Assembly (NCBI RefSeq): GCF_000027125.1
Contig: NC_017626.1
Source of the DNA: Escherichia coli 042
Lineage (GTDB): Bacteria > Pseudomonadota > Gammaproteobacteria > Enterobacterales > Enterobacteriaceae
Strand: one strand, 5' to 3'
Length of the DNA stretch: 64,000 nt
A model generated the notes under the pieces. That model ran no database searches. It was not told where the DNA came from and saw only the letters and a program-made list of their open reading frames with translations. Positions 39,126-50,170 of this stretch are shown here, in pieces; position 1 is the stretch's first letter, and the number at the start of each line of letters is the position of its first letter. The position numbers and the translations under genes are program-made.

Positions 39126-39909
39126 ACGCGCACCGTTTTTCCTCAAACTGGCGGCCTGGGGCGGCGTGGTTTTCCTACATTTTCCCATTCTGATTATCGC
39201 CGCCTATGCGTTTAACACTGAAGATGCGGCGTTTAGTTTTCCACCGCAAGGCCTGACGCTGCGCTGGTTTAGCGTGGCAGCACAGCGCAGTGATATTCTT
39301 GAGGCTGTGACACTGTCACTTAAAGTGGCGGTGCTGGCGACATTAATTGCGCTGGTGTTAGGGACGCTGGCCGCTGCCGCGCTGTGGCGACGAGACTTTT
39401 TCGGCAAAAACGCCATTTCGCTGTTACTGCTGCTGCCCATTGCGCTGCCGGGTATTGTCACTGGTCTGGCGCTATTAACCGCCTTTAAAACCATCGATCT
39501 GGAGCCGGGATTTTTCACCATCGTGGTCGGTCATGCGACTTTTTGCGTAGTGGTGGTGTTTAACAATGTCATCGCCCGTTTTCGCCGCACCTCGTGCAGT
39601 CTGGTTGAGGCGTCAATGGATCTTGGGGCCAATGGCTGGCAAACCTTCCGCTACGTAGTGTTGCCGAATCTCAGTTCGGCGCTACTGGCAGGAGGAATGC
39701 TGGCGTTTGCCTTGTCGTTCGATGAAATCATCGTGACGACCTTTACGGCAGGTCATGAACGAACGTTACCGTTGTGGTTGCTCAATCAGCTTGGGCGACC
39801 GCGTGATGTACCGGTAACCAACGTGGTGGCACTGCTGGTTATGTTGGTAACAACCTTGCCGATCCTGGGAGCCTGGTGGCTAACCCGCGAAGGCGACAAT
39901 GGTCAATAA
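39115..39909 (+). CDS. ydcV: ABC transporter permease
   Basis: 264-aa multi-TM ORF overlapping the ydcU stop. Confidence 0.92.
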   Translation: MHSERAPFFLKLAAWGGVVFLHFPILIIAAYAFNTEDAAFSFPPQGLTLRWFSVAAQRSDILEAVTLSLKVAVLATLIALVLGTLAAAALWRRDFFGKNAISLLLLLPIALPGIVTGLALLTAFKTIDLEPGFFTIVVGHATFCVVVVFNNVIARFRRTSCSLVEASMDLGANGWQTFRYVVLPNLSSALLAGGMLAFALSFDEIIVTTFTAGHERTLPLWLLNQLGRPRDVPVTNVVALLVMLVTTLPILGAWWLTREGDNGQ

Positions 39910-39930
39910 CCACTGATACAGGAATATGCT

Positions 39931-41355
39931 ATGCAACATAAGTTACTGATTAACGGAGAACTGGTTAGCGGCGAAGGGGAGAAACAGCCTGTCTATAATC
40001 CGGCAACGGGGGAAGTTTTACTGGAGATTGCCGAGGCATCTGCAGAGCAGGTCGATGCCGCTGTTCGTGCAGCAGATGCAGCATTTGCCGAATGGGGGCA
40101 AACCACGCCGAAAGCGCGTGCGGAATGCCTGCTGAAACTGGCGGATGTAATCGAAGAAAATGGTCAAGTTTTTGCCGAACTGGAGTCCCGTAACTGTGGC
40201 AAACCGCTGCATAGTGCGTTCAATGATGAAATTCCGGCGATTGTCGATGTCTTTCGCTTTTTCGCCGGAGCAGCTCGCTGCCTGAATGGTCTGGCGGCAG
40301 GTGAATATCTTGAAGGTCATACTTCGATGATCCGTCGCGATCCGTTGGGGGTCGTGGCTTCGATCGCACCGTGGAATTATCCGCTGATGATGGCTGCGTG
40401 GAAACTGGCTCCGGCGCTGGCGGCAGGGAATTGCGTAGTGCTCAAACCATCAGAAATTACCCCGCTGACAGCGTTGAAGTTGGCAGAGCTGGCGAAAGAT
40501 ATCTTCCCAGCTGGCGTGATTAACGTGCTGTTTGGCAGAGGCAAAACGGTGGGCGATCCGCTGACCGGACATCCCAAAGTACGGATGGTGTCACTGACGG
40601 GCTCTATCGCCACTGGGGAACACATCATCAGCCATACCGCGCCGTCCATAAAGCTTACTCATATGGAACTTGGAGGCAAAGCGCCAGTGATAGTTTTTGA
40701 TGATGCGGATATTGAAGCGGTGGTCGAAGGTGTACGTACTTTTGGCTATTACAATGCCGGACAGGATTGTACTGCGGCTTGTCGGATCTACGCGCAAAAA
40801 GGTATTTACGATACGCTGGTGGAAAAACTCGGTGCTGCAGTGGCAACGTTAAAATCTGGTGCGCCGGATGACGAGTCTACGGAGCTTGGACCTTTAAGCT
40901 CACTGGCGCATCTCGATCGCGTCAGCAAAGCAGTAGAAGAGGCGAAAGCGACAGGGCACATCAAAGTGATCACTGGCGGTGAAAAGCGCAAGGGTAATGG
41001 CTATTACTATGCGCCGACGCTACTGGCTGGCGCATTACAGGACGATGCCATCGTGCAAAAAGAGGTATTTGGTCCGGTAGTGAGTGTTACGCTCTTTGAC
41101 AATGAAGAACAGGTGGTAAACTGGGCAAATGACAGCCAGTACGGACTTGCATCCTCGGTATGGACGAAAGATGTGGGCAGGGCGCATCGCGTCAGCGCAC
41201 GGCTACAATATGGTTGTACCTGGGTCAATACCCATTTCATGCTGGTAAGTGAAATGCCGCACGGTGGGCAGAAACTTTCTGGTTACGGCAAGGATATGTC
41301 ACTTTATGGGCTGGAGGATTACACCGTCGTCCGCCACGTCATGGTTAAACATTAA
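39931..41355 (+). CDS. patD: Gamma-aminobutyraldehyde dehydrogenase
   Basis: 474-aa aldehyde dehydrogenase ORF (MELGGKAP, catalytic Cys region). Confidence 0.94.
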   Translation: MQHKLLINGELVSGEGEKQPVYNPATGEVLLEIAEASAEQVDAAVRAADAAFAEWGQTTPKARAECLLKLADVIEENGQVFAELESRNCGKPLHSAFNDEIPAIVDVFRFFAGAARCLNGLAAGEYLEGHTSMIRRDPLGVVASIAPWNYPLMMAAWKLAPALAAGNCVVLKPSEITPLTALKLAELAKDIFPAGVINVLFGRGKTVGDPLTGHPKVRMVSLTGSIATGEHIISHTAPSIKLTHMELGGKAPVIVFDDADIEAVVEGVRTFGYYNAGQDCTAACRIYAQKGIYDTLVEKLGAAVATLKSGAPDDESTELGPLSSLAHLDRVSKAVEEAKATGHIKVITGGEKRKGNGYYYAPTLLAGALQDDAIVQKEVFGPVVSVTLFDNEEQVVNWANDSQYGLASSVWTKDVGRAHRVSARLQYGCTWVNTHFMLVSEMPHGGQKLSGYGKDMSLYGLEDYTVVRHVMVKH

Positions 41356-41577
41356 GTTAAATGTTAGTGGCTGTTATAGGGCGGCCACTATCGTTTTAGG
41401 TTCTGAGTGTAATGGTGATTAAGTATCAGAATGATTACATTAATAACTAGCGGAAAAATTAGGCAGTTATTATGATCTAAATGTATGTTGGTGATTTTTC
41501 ATCCTGTCATAGTTGATTCGCATAAGGCTTTAGAGTATCGTTATTAACCTAATAATTTATAAGTAGAAGTATTAACA

Positions 41578-42387
41578 ATGAAAGTTCAATTGTATAAATT
41601 CACGGAAGATAAAAATAAAACCCTTACCTTCAGGTGGACGAAAAAACACTTTGAGTTTTGTATGGATAATAAAATCTTTTTAAATCATAAGGGGAAGAAG
41701 TCGTATAAAGAAAGAAATTTATTTCTTTTCTCAAAAGGTGACAAGATAACAATTGAAGATAATGTTATTGCTGAAGAATATTCAACAATGCCTGTAAAAA
41801 ATTTCTCCAGTGTCGGCGCTTTTTCATTCCCGACCTGTCATTTTACAGGGAATATACATATAGGTCGATTTTGTAGTATTGCATCAAATGTAAAAATAAT
41901 GGGTGGAAATCATCCTTTGAATCGTTTTACTACTCACATGATGACTTATAACGGTGAATTTGATAAGTTTGCTAAGAGTGAGTTTGAACGTAGCTGGACA
42001 TTGAAACCATTCATTACCAAACCTGAAAATCCGATTATAGGAAATGATGTCTGGATAGGAAATGATGTTGTACTGAAAGGTGGCATCGCAATAGGTGATG
42101 GTGCTGTTATTGCTGCCAATTCCGTTGTTACCAAAGATGTGCCCCCATATGCCATAGTTGCAGGAGTTCCTGCAAAAATAATCAGATTTAGATTTGATTC
42201 AAATGTTATTGATGAATTGTTGAGAATAAAGTGGTGGAATTATAATTACTCAGATCTTCCGGATAATAACAAATGTGATGATATAAATTATTTTGTTGAA
42301 GAGATGAATCGATTGATATCAAATGGAAATATTCAAGAGATGGACTATAAAAAATTCAATCTTTCTGAGATATTTAGAGACCTATAA
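41578..42387 (+). CDS. Hexapeptide-repeat xenobiotic-acetyltransferase (XAT/Vat/CatB-like) family protein with N-terminal extension
   Basis: 269-aa ORF in an AT-rich block; C-terminal half has a left-handed beta-helix signature (GNDVWIGNDVVLKGGIAIGDGAVIAANSVVTKDVPPYAIVAGVPAKIIRFRF) and an XAT-like loop GGNHPLNRFTTHMMTY; about 80 N-terminal residues have no counterpart in typical 210-220-aa Vat/CatB proteins. Confidence 0.6.
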   Translation: MKVQLYKFTEDKNKTLTFRWTKKHFEFCMDNKIFLNHKGKKSYKERNLFLFSKGDKITIEDNVIAEEYSTMPVKNFSSVGAFSFPTCHFTGNIHIGRFCSIASNVKIMGGNHPLNRFTTHMMTYNGEFDKFAKSEFERSWTLKPFITKPENPIIGNDVWIGNDVVLKGGIAIGDGAVIAANSVVTKDVPPYAIVAGVPAKIIRFRFDSNVIDELLRIKWWNYNYSDLPDNNKCDDINYFVEEMNRLISNGNIQEMDYKKFNLSEIFRDL

Positions 42388-42788
42388 TTATCTGTTCTGC
42401 ATGATAAATGGGCAAGATAACCAGTTCGGGGTTTGCAATTTCAATGGGACAGCGTCATCAAGGAGGTTGCAATCATCCTGCCATGCATATACTTTACGCC
42501 ATCTTTTTATATTTACTTTATTCCCTGAAAGTATAAAGCATTTATAGACTCCCGCGCGTCTAAAGTATTGATGATAGAAAAATGTGAAAACAAGGTTCCC
42601 TTTGAATCAGTAAGCTGTCTGTATAGACGACAGGAGGGGGATGTTTTCTACTTATTTCAATGTAGATGTCAGGAAAAAGAAGTAAATATTAAGGATAATG
42701 TTGTAAACCTGGAGAGTATGAGATGATCTTGCGTACTGTCAGAGCACTGATTTCTCTGACAGTACGTGCTGCGTGCAAAATCACTACA

Positions 42789-42884
42789 TCAAATAAACCA
42801 GCCAAATCTCATAGAGATAAGAGTAAACAAACCAACAGCAGCAAAGACATTTATCAGTACTACAGTTCTACTGGAAACATTCAT
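42789..42884 (-). CDS. yncL: Small membrane protein YncL
   Basis: Minus-strand 31-aa ORF MNVSSRTVVLINVFAAVGLFTLISMRFGWFI with SD aaggtgg; an inverted repeat (42733..42766) follows its 3' end. Confidence 0.75.
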   Translation of the reverse strand: MNVSSRTVVLINVFAAVGLFTLISMRFGWFI

Positions 42885-43078
42885 TTTTGCCACCTTTTAT
42901 CATTGCCCCTATGTGTATAGTACGGGTTAAGAAAATCCGCAATAATACTCATTCTGAAGATGGATAAGGGCAAGTTGCTGTTTGATGATTTTTTCTCAAA
43001 CTGGTGAAAAAACTTGATGCACGTCAAAAAATGACGCATATTTGCGCGCGTTTTATTCATCTGGCTGGACGCCCGTAC

Positions 43079-43252
43079 ATGTCTCTCTATCAACACATGC
43101 TTGTTTTTTATGCGGTTATGGCAGCAATCGCATTTCTTATCACCTGGTTTCTTTCTCACGATAAGAAACGCATCCGTTTCTTAAGCGCCTTTCTGGTGGG
43201 GGCAACATGGCCGATGAGTTTCCCGGTGGCGCTGTTGTTTTCACTGTTTTAA
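43079..43252 (+). CDS. ortT: Orphan toxin OrtT (YdcX), GhoT-like membrane peptide
   Basis: 57-aa ORF MSLYQHMLVFYAVMAAIAFLITWFLSHDKKRIRFLSAFLVGATWPMSFPVALLFSLF. Confidence 0.8.
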   Translation: MSLYQHMLVFYAVMAAIAFLITWFLSHDKKRIRFLSAFLVGATWPMSFPVALLFSLF

Positions 43253-43337
43253 ATCTTACTCACTGGCTTGACGGCACCACACAGACTTATATCATTTGGA
43301 TGAATCGATAAATTTCACAAGTGGCTAAGGAGAAAGT

Positions 43338-43571
43338 ATGTCGCATCTGGATGAAGTCATCGCGCGCGTGGATGCCGCGATTGAAGAGAGCGTCATTGCC
43401 CATATGAACGAATTATTAATCGCCCTGAGCGATGACGCGGAGTTAAGTCGGGAAGATCGCTATACCCAGCAGCAGCGTTTGCGCACCGCTATTGCTCATC
43501 ATGGTCGCAAGCATAAAGAAGATATGGAAGCGCGCCACGAACAGTTAACCAAAGGCGGTACCATCCTCTGA
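43338..43571 (+). CDS. ydcY: DUF2526 family protein YdcY
   Basis: 77-aa ORF MSHLDEVIARVDAAIEESVIAHMNELL... Confidence 0.85.
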   Translation: MSHLDEVIARVDAAIEESVIAHMNELLIALSDDAELSREDRYTQQQRLRTAIAHHGRKHKEDMEARHEQLTKGGTIL

Positions 43572-44021
43572 TTAAAATGAGCGTCTGGCCACCAGCCAGG
43601 CGCCAACCACAAGTAAAATTGCGCCACAAATTGGGCCGATCAACGCCCGAAGTGGTACGCCATGGCTGCGGAAGATATCCAGCACCAGACCGCCAATCAG
43701 CTGGCTGGCGACCAGTACTGCAATAGTTGTTGCCGCTCCCACATTCTGATATCCGCTGATACTGGCGAAGACAAAAAACGATCCAAGCAAGCCAGGTATA
43801 AGTGTCCACCAGCGCACGCTGGACACCAGTTCACCAAACCCCTCCATACCTTGTTTAAACCACAAAATAGAAACGAACAGCACAATTCCTACCAAAGAGT
43901 TCAGCAACATGGCGATGAGAATGGTAGAGGAGCTCTGGGTGATGCGCACCATCAGCGTGTTTTGCACCACCAGACCAATTCCGGCGGCAATCAAAAAAGC
44001 AAGGGTAAGCGACTGATTCAT
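43572..44021 (-). CDS. ydcZ: Inner membrane protein YdcZ (DMT-like)
   Basis: 149-aa hydrophobic ORF. Confidence 0.85.
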   Translation of the reverse strand: MNQSLTLAFLIAAGIGLVVQNTLMVRITQSSSTILIAMLLNSLVGIVLFVSILWFKQGMEGFGELVSSVRWWTLIPGLLGSFFVFASISGYQNVGAATTIAVLVASQLIGGLVLDIFRSHGVPLRALIGPICGAILLVVGAWLVARRSF

Positions 44022-44536
44022 CCAATCGCGTCCGGTTCAGTGCGCTCGTCGAGTTGCAACTGCATAAATGTCAGATCCAGCCAGCGCCCAAATTTAGTGC
44101 CTACCTGCGGCATTTGCGCGGTGACGACAAATCCCAGCGACTGGTGGAGATGCAGCGAAGCCTGATTTTGCGATTCGATCCCCGCGACCATGACATGCTT
44201 CCCGCAATCCCGCGCTTCATCAATCAATCGGCTTAACAATTTACGCCCCAGACCTTTGCCCTGATGATCGGGATGGACATAAACCGAATGTTCCACGGTA
44301 TGGCGAAAACCATCGAAACTACGCCAGTCGCCAAACGAGGCATATCCTGTAACGACGCCATCTTCTTCACTCACCAGCACCGGATAACCTGCTATGGTCC
44401 GCGCTTCAAACCAGGCAATGCGGTTATCTGCATCCACCGTTTGGTCATTCCAGATAGCCGCCGTATACAACACGGCGTGGTTATAAATTTCCGCAATGGC
44501 AGCACAGTCGGCTTTGCGGGCAAAACGGATGGACAT
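44018..44536 (-). CDS. mnaT: L-amino acid (methionine derivative) N-acyltransferase, GNAT
   Basis: 172-aa GNAT ORF (HQGKGLGRKLL). Confidence 0.9.
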   Translation of the reverse strand: MSIRFARKADCAAIAEIYNHAVLYTAAIWNDQTVDADNRIAWFEARTIAGYPVLVSEEDGVVTGYASFGDWRSFDGFRHTVEHSVYVHPDHQGKGLGRKLLSRLIDEARDCGKHVMVAGIESQNQASLHLHQSLGFVVTAQMPQVGTKFGRWLDLTFMQLQLDERTEPDAIG

Positions 44537-44716
44537 GTCTGGCCTCGATTAAATAATGATGATGACGTTATCAATACTATCGAAAACAGCCCGAAGCAAC
44601 GGATTCCTCGATGAAATTATTGCGTGTTGCAGAGGGGATGTGACGGCTGCAAACAAAACCAATCCCGTGAGCCTGCTACTATTGATCGATTCATGCCAAA
44701 AGCACAGGAGAGCATT

Positions 44717-45754
44717 ATGGGGCAACAAAAACAGCGTAATCGACGTTGGGTTCTGGCCTCGCGTCCGCATGGCGCGCCGGTTCCGGAGAATTTCCGTCTT
44801 GAAGAAGATGATATCGCCACACCGGGTGAGGGACAGGTGTTACTGCGCACAGTTTATTTGTCACTGGACCCGTATATGCGTGGACGTATGAGCGATGAGC
44901 CATCTTATTCACCGCCGGTTGATATTGGCGGCGTGATGGTCGGCGGCACGGTGAGCCGTGTCGTGGAGTCGAATCATCCTGATTATCAGCCTGGCGACTG
45001 GGTGCTGGGCTACAGTGGATGGCAGGACTATGACATATCCAGTGGTGATGATCTGGTGAAACTTGGCGATCATCCGCAAAATCCATCGTGGTCGCTGGGT
45101 GTGCTGGGGATGCCAGGCTTTACCGCTTATATGGGGCTGCTGGATATCGGTCAGCCCAAAGAGGGCGAAACGCTGGTGGTAGCTGCGGCGACAGGACCAG
45201 TGGGGGCGACGGTGGGTCAAATCGGCAAACTTAAAGGTTGCAGGGTGGTGGGGATAGCCGGTGGCGCGGAAAAATGCCGCCATGCTACCGAGGTGTTAGG
45301 CTTTGATGTTTGTCTTGACCATCACGCGGATGATTTTGCCGAACAACTGGCGAAAGCGTGCCCAAAAGGCGTTGATATCTATTATGAAAACGTGGGCGGT
45401 AAAGTATTTGATGCGGTGCTACCGTTACTTAATACATCTGCGCGCATTCCCGTCTGCGGCTTAGTGAGCAGCTATAACGCTACAGAGCTACCACCCGGCC
45501 CGGATCGTTTACCTCTGCTGATGGCTACGGTGCTGAAAAAACGTATTCGCTTGCAAGGATTTATTATCGCTCAGGATTATGGTCACCGCATCCATGAGTT
45601 TCAGAAGGAGATGGGGCAATGGGTGAAAGAGGATAAAATCCACTACCGCGAAGAAATTACTGACGGTTTAGAGAATGCGCCACAGACATTTATCGGCCTG
45701 CTGAAGGGTAAAAACTTCGGCAAAGTGGTGATCCGCGTGGCGGGTGATGATTAA
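44717..45754 (+). CDS. curA: NADPH-dependent curcumin/dihydrocurcumin reductase
   Basis: ORF from 44624; start placed at MGQQKQRNRRWVLASRPHGAP (345 aa); MDR/zinc-free reductase motif AAATGPVG. Confidence 0.9.
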   Translation: MGQQKQRNRRWVLASRPHGAPVPENFRLEEDDIATPGEGQVLLRTVYLSLDPYMRGRMSDEPSYSPPVDIGGVMVGGTVSRVVESNHPDYQPGDWVLGYSGWQDYDISSGDDLVKLGDHPQNPSWSLGVLGMPGFTAYMGLLDIGQPKEGETLVVAAATGPVGATVGQIGKLKGCRVVGIAGGAEKCRHATEVLGFDVCLDHHADDFAEQLAKACPKGVDIYYENVGGKVFDAVLPLLNTSARIPVCGLVSSYNATELPPGPDRLPLLMATVLKKRIRLQGFIIAQDYGHRIHEFQKEMGQWVKEDKIHYREEITDGLENAPQTFIGLLKGKNFGKVVIRVAGDD

Positions 45755-45951
45755 AGATACGACGGCGGCGTAAGCCGCCATAAAAATCCAGGCAAAAAGC
45801 TTATTTTCAGCTTTAATTAACTAACCACGTCATTGTTCTGCTGCTAATAACAACAAAGGTGAGTGGTTTATGATTATTCACTTTAATACCCCAGGTGAAC
45901 TCCTTCTGCCATGCAGGCAGGGTTGGACAGAAAACACGCGAAGGAATTAAA

Positions 45952-46617
45952 ATGCCTGGAACGGAAAAAATGAAACATGTCAGTTTGACTCTGCAGGTTG
46001 AGAATGACCTGAAACATCAGCTTAGTATTGGCGCACTAAAACCTGGCGCACGCCTGATTACTAAAAATCTGGCGGAGCAATTAGGTATGAGTATTACACC
46101 TGTGCGTGAAGCATTATTACGTCTGGTTTCGGTGAATGCGCTTTCTGTCGCACCAGCGCAAGCATTTACAGTTCCGGAAGTGGGGAAACGTCAATTAGAC
46201 GAAATCAATCGGATCCGCTACGAGCTGGAATTAATGGCAGTTACTCTGGCTGTTGAAAACCTCACCCCGCAAGACCTGGCGGAACTCGAGGAATTGCTCG
46301 AGAAATTACAGCAGGCGCAAGAAAAGGGCGACATGGAACAAATCATTAATGCGAACAGGCTATTTCGCTTAGCGATTTATCATCGTTCAAATATGCCCAT
46401 CCTGTGTGAGATGATTGAGCAACTGTGGGTCAGGATGGGACCTGGTTTACATTATCTCTATGAAGCGATTAATCCAGCGGAATTACGGGAGCGTATAGAA
46501 AACTATCGTCTATTACTCGCCGCGTTAAAAGCAAAAGACAAAGAGGGATGCAGACATTGTCTTGCTGAAATTATGCAACAAAATATTGCTATTTTATACC
46601 AGCAATACAATCGTTAA
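45952..46617 (+). CDS. mcbR: GntR-family regulator McbR (YncC)
   Basis: ORF from 45895; start placed at MPGTEKMKHVSL (221 aa); GntR HTH plus FCD domain. Confidence 0.9.
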   Translation: MPGTEKMKHVSLTLQVENDLKHQLSIGALKPGARLITKNLAEQLGMSITPVREALLRLVSVNALSVAPAQAFTVPEVGKRQLDEINRIRYELELMAVTLAVENLTPQDLAELEELLEKLQQAQEKGDMEQIINANRLFRLAIYHRSNMPILCEMIEQLWVRMGPGLHYLYEAINPAELRERIENYRLLLAALKAKDKEGCRHCLAEIMQQNIAILYQQYNR

Positions 46618-46633
46618 AGTAAATGCCCGGCAA

Positions 46634-46653
46634 ATACCGGGCATCAAGGTAAT
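46634..46653. terminator. Hairpin between convergent mcbR and yncD
   Basis: tgcccgg caaata ccgggca. Confidence 0.55.
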
Positions 46654-48755
46654 TACTCAAATCGCCATGCAATATTCATGCCGACACCATAATTTCGCCC
46701 GGGCGCAGGTTCGTAATATCGCCCGTTTGACTCATTGACAATGACAGAACCAACGTATTCTTTATCGAATAAATTATCGACACGACCAAATAAATCCACA
46801 GTTAAATTGTGGTAATTGTATTTATACCCGGTGAATAAGCCGACGAGAGTATAAGACGGCGCTTTGGCCGTATTTTCATCATCTGCCATAATATCGCCCA
46901 TATAACGCGCTTCCGTACCTGCATACCAGCCATCCTCCGGTACATAACCTATCGACGCAAAGCCCATATTACGGGCGATCCCTGGCATCCGATTACCGTT
47001 ACAATCCTGTTCATTGCAAACATTGCTGCGATAGGTCGCATCGAGCCAGGTCCAGGACGCTTTTACACGAAAATCTCCCGCGAAACGTTGATCCCATGCC
47101 AGCTCAGCGCCTTGACGACGGGTCTTTCCGGCATTTTTGTAAGTCGTACGCCCACCGCTACTGCTATCGACAACAATTTCATCATCGGTGTCGGTCTGGA
47201 ACAATGCGAGACTAAGCAGCCCATCACCAATACGCGTTTTACTGCCGATCTCAATTGTATCGTTGGTGGATGGTTTTAAACCAAAGTTCATACCGCTTTG
47301 ACCGTCAGCACGATAAGACAGCTCATTAATCGTCGGCGTTTCAAAACCTCGCCCGGCTGCCAGATAGATATTCCAGGCATCGGTCATTGCATATTTTAAC
47401 GAACCGGCAGGTAGCCATTTGTGATAACTGGCATCACCGCTGTCATCGCCGTTACCCGGAGTAACGTAATGGTCGTTGGAATCAAACCATACGGAGCTGT
47501 AGCGCACGCCAGCATCCAGCGACAGTTTTTCGCTCAGCTGCCACTGTGTCTGCAAATAGGGATCGACGTTCCACATCAGATTGCGTTCGTCACGGCGCAA
47601 CTCACCTTTTTGCCCGTATTCCGGCACGCCGCTATTCAGGCGGAAGTTATTGTAGCCTTTGCGATTTTCACTCATGTTTTCGTAGTTCAGGCCGGTAGTG
47701 AACGTGAGCGGAACGCCCAGCTCGCCACGGTGTGTCCAGCGGCTGTCTATCCCCTGATAATGGCGTTGCAGAGTAATCACGCCGCCCGCATGCGACGGGT
47801 TAAGTTGTGGTGCCATCGGGATTGACTGGTACTGGGTCGTTTCTCGCTCCCCGGCATACATCATCACACTCATATCATCTTGTGCGCTCAGGCTACGTTC
47901 ATAGCGCAACCCAGCCTGAGTTTGCTTGATGGTTTTTCGCGTGTCGTACTGTTCAGCGCGTGGCGCTTGTTGCGGATTCGCCTTCCATTCTGCTTCGGTT
48001 AGCCCACCTGGGTCATCTGCTTTGATATCCACACTATTGAAAATCAGGCTTAATTTGCTGGCGTCATCAATGCGTACGCCCAGTTTGGCATTGGCTAAAT
48101 TTTTCTGTGCGCCACTATGATCACGATAGCCGTGGGTCGTAAAGCGCGTGGTTGAGACGGTGTAATCGACATCGCCAGGCTGAGTGCCGTCGCCCATTGC
48201 GCCTGTTGCTTTCAGCCCATAGCGCCAGCTGCCAAAACTGCCGTAGTAACTACTGGCTTCAATGGTTGGTGGCTGTTGTCCGGTCTGGGTGATGACATTC
48301 ATTACACCGCCAGACGCGTTGCCATACAGAGCAGAGAAGGGGCCGCGCAGCACTTCCACATTTTGTACACTGCTTAAATCGATGTTGGATGTTTGCCCTT
48401 GTCCGTCGGGCATGGTGGCGGGAATACCGTCCACATACAGGCGAATACCGCGAATTCCGTAAGTGGAGCGGGAGCCAAATCCGCGAATCGACAGCTGTAA
48501 ATCTTGCGCATAGTTCTGCCGGTTTTGTACCTGCAAACCAGGCACGCTGGTCAGTGATTCGGACAAGTTAATGCGCGGTGTTGCCAGGCGCATCTCCTCG
48601 CCATCCACCACGCTCACGGCTGCTGGGGTATCCAGTTCTGAAACCACCTGCGGCGTGGCACTGACAATCATGGTCTGTTCATCAGCGGCAAAAACAACAG
48701 GGGAAAGGACAAGCAGTGCGGGCAAAACGGTCTGTCGGACGGAAAAAATCTTCAT
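46653..48755 (-). CDS. yncD: TonB-dependent outer membrane receptor YncD
   Basis: ORF extends to 48914; start placed at MKIFSVRQTVLPALLVLSPVVFA (700 aa); signal peptide, TonB box, C-terminal beta-barrel ending in W-R-F-E. Confidence 0.9.
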   Translation of the reverse strand: MKIFSVRQTVLPALLVLSPVVFAADEQTMIVSATPQVVSELDTPAAVSVVDGEEMRLATPRINLSESLTSVPGLQVQNRQNYAQDLQLSIRGFGSRSTYGIRGIRLYVDGIPATMPDGQGQTSNIDLSSVQNVEVLRGPFSALYGNASGGVMNVITQTGQQPPTIEASSYYGSFGSWRYGLKATGAMGDGTQPGDVDYTVSTTRFTTHGYRDHSGAQKNLANAKLGVRIDDASKLSLIFNSVDIKADDPGGLTEAEWKANPQQAPRAEQYDTRKTIKQTQAGLRYERSLSAQDDMSVMMYAGERETTQYQSIPMAPQLNPSHAGGVITLQRHYQGIDSRWTHRGELGVPLTFTTGLNYENMSENRKGYNNFRLNSGVPEYGQKGELRRDERNLMWNVDPYLQTQWQLSEKLSLDAGVRYSSVWFDSNDHYVTPGNGDDSGDASYHKWLPAGSLKYAMTDAWNIYLAAGRGFETPTINELSYRADGQSGMNFGLKPSTNDTIEIGSKTRIGDGLLSLALFQTDTDDEIVVDSSSGGRTTYKNAGKTRRQGAELAWDQRFAGDFRVKASWTWLDATYRSNVCNEQDCNGNRMPGIARNMGFASIGYVPEDGWYAGTEARYMGDIMADDENTAKAPSYTLVGLFTGYKYNYHNLTVDLFGRVDNLFDKEYVGSVIVNESNGRYYEPAPGRNYGVGMNIAWRFE

Positions 48756-48996
48756 GAAAAAAGCCAGGTTAAGAATGGGAAAACGCCGCCATGGTAATAA
48801 AATTGTAAATATATGGAAAACGAAACGGCACGATACGTTAAGTAATTGAGAAAATTGTAGTCGTAACGGCAAGAAATGCTCCACATTTGAGAAAATAATG
48901 ATTACCATTCCCATTTATAACAAGAGCGTAACGATGATTACGCTTAGCGAAGCATTGTGAAGCAGCAAAAATATCGGTTCATCAAAGGGAGTCGTC

Positions 48997-50058
48997 ATGC
49001 ATTTACGTCATCTGTTTTCATCGCGCCTGCGTGGTTCATTACTGTTAGGTTCATTGCTTGTTGCTTCATCATTCAGCACGCAGGCTGCAGAAGAAATGCT
49101 GCGTAAAGCGGTAGGTAAAGGTGCCTACGAAATGGCTTATAGCCAGCAGGAGAACGCGCTGTGGCTCGCCACTTCGCAAAGCCGCAAACTGGATAAAGGC
49201 GGCGTGGTTTATCGTCTTGATCCGGTTACTCTGGAAGTGACGCAGGCGATCCATAACGATCTCAAGCCGTTTGGTGCCACCATCAATAACACGACTCAGA
49301 CGTTGTGGTTTGGTAACACTGTAAACAGCGCGGTCACGGCGATAGATGCCAAAACGGGCGAAGTGAAAGGCCGTCTGGTGCTGGATGATCGTAAGCGCAC
49401 GGAAGAGGTGCGCCCGCTGCAACCGCGTGAGCTGGTAGCTGATGATGCCACGAACACCGTTTACATCAGTGGTATTGGTAAAGAGAGCGTGATTTGGGTC
49501 GTTGATGGCGAGAATATCAAACTGAAAACCGCCATCCAGAACACCGGTAAAATGAGTACCGGTCTGGCGCTGGATAGCAAAGGCAAACGTCTTTACACCA
49601 CTAACGCTGACGGCGAATTGATTACCATCGACACCGCCGACAATAAAATCCTCAGCCGTAAAAAGCTGCTGGATGACGGCAAAGAGCACTTCTTTATCAA
49701 CATTAGCCTTGATACCGCCAGGCAGCGTGCATTTATCACCGATTCTAAAGCCGCAGAAGTGTTAGTGGTCGATACCCGTAATGGCAATATTCTGGCGAAG
49801 GTTGCGGCACCGGAATCACTGGCTGTGCTGTTTAACCCGGCGCGTAATGAAGCCTACGTAACGCATCGTCAGGCAGGTAAAGTCAGTGTGATTGACGCGA
49901 AAAGCTATAAAGTGGTGAAAACGTTCGATACGCCGACTCATCCGAACAGCCTGGCGCTGTCTGCCGATGGCAAAACGCTGTATGTCAGTGTGAAACAAAA
50001 ATCCACTAAACAGCAGGAAGCTACCCAGCCGGACGATGTGATTCGTATTGCGCTGTAA
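48997..50058 (+). CDS. yncE: Periplasmic beta-propeller protein YncE
   Basis: 353-aa ORF with signal peptide and repeated propeller blades. Confidence 0.92.
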   Translation: MHLRHLFSSRLRGSLLLGSLLVASSFSTQAAEEMLRKAVGKGAYEMAYSQQENALWLATSQSRKLDKGGVVYRLDPVTLEVTQAIHNDLKPFGATINNTTQTLWFGNTVNSAVTAIDAKTGEVKGRLVLDDRKRTEEVRPLQPRELVADDATNTVYISGIGKESVIWVVDGENIKLKTAIQNTGKMSTGLALDSKGKRLYTTNADGELITIDTADNKILSRKKLLDDGKEHFFINISLDTARQRAFITDSKAAEVLVVDTRNGNILAKVAAPESLAVLFNPARNEAYVTHRQAGKVSVIDAKSYKVVKTFDTPTHPNSLALSADGKTLYVSVKQKSTKQQEATQPDDVIRIAL

Positions 50059-50140
50059 TAGATATGGCGAGGGTGAAAACGGAGAGACTTGCCTGACTTT
50101 TATCACGCCGTATCCGGTACCTTCGTCAGTAATTTGAATT

Positions 50141-50168
50141 TGCCCGGCACGTAGCCGGGCAATTTTGC
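50141..50168. terminator. Hairpin between convergent yncE and ansP
   Basis: gcccggc acgta gccgggc followed by aatttt. Confidence 0.55.
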
Positions 50169-50170
50169 AA

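Noticed and set aside
42723-42920. 65-aa plus-strand ORF between the acetyltransferase gene and ortT
   Set aside because: Antisense to yncL, which is the supported gene here (minus strand, 42789..42884).
49069-49689. 206-aa minus-strand ORF inside yncE
   Set aside because: Antisense to the yncE beta-propeller gene; spurious.
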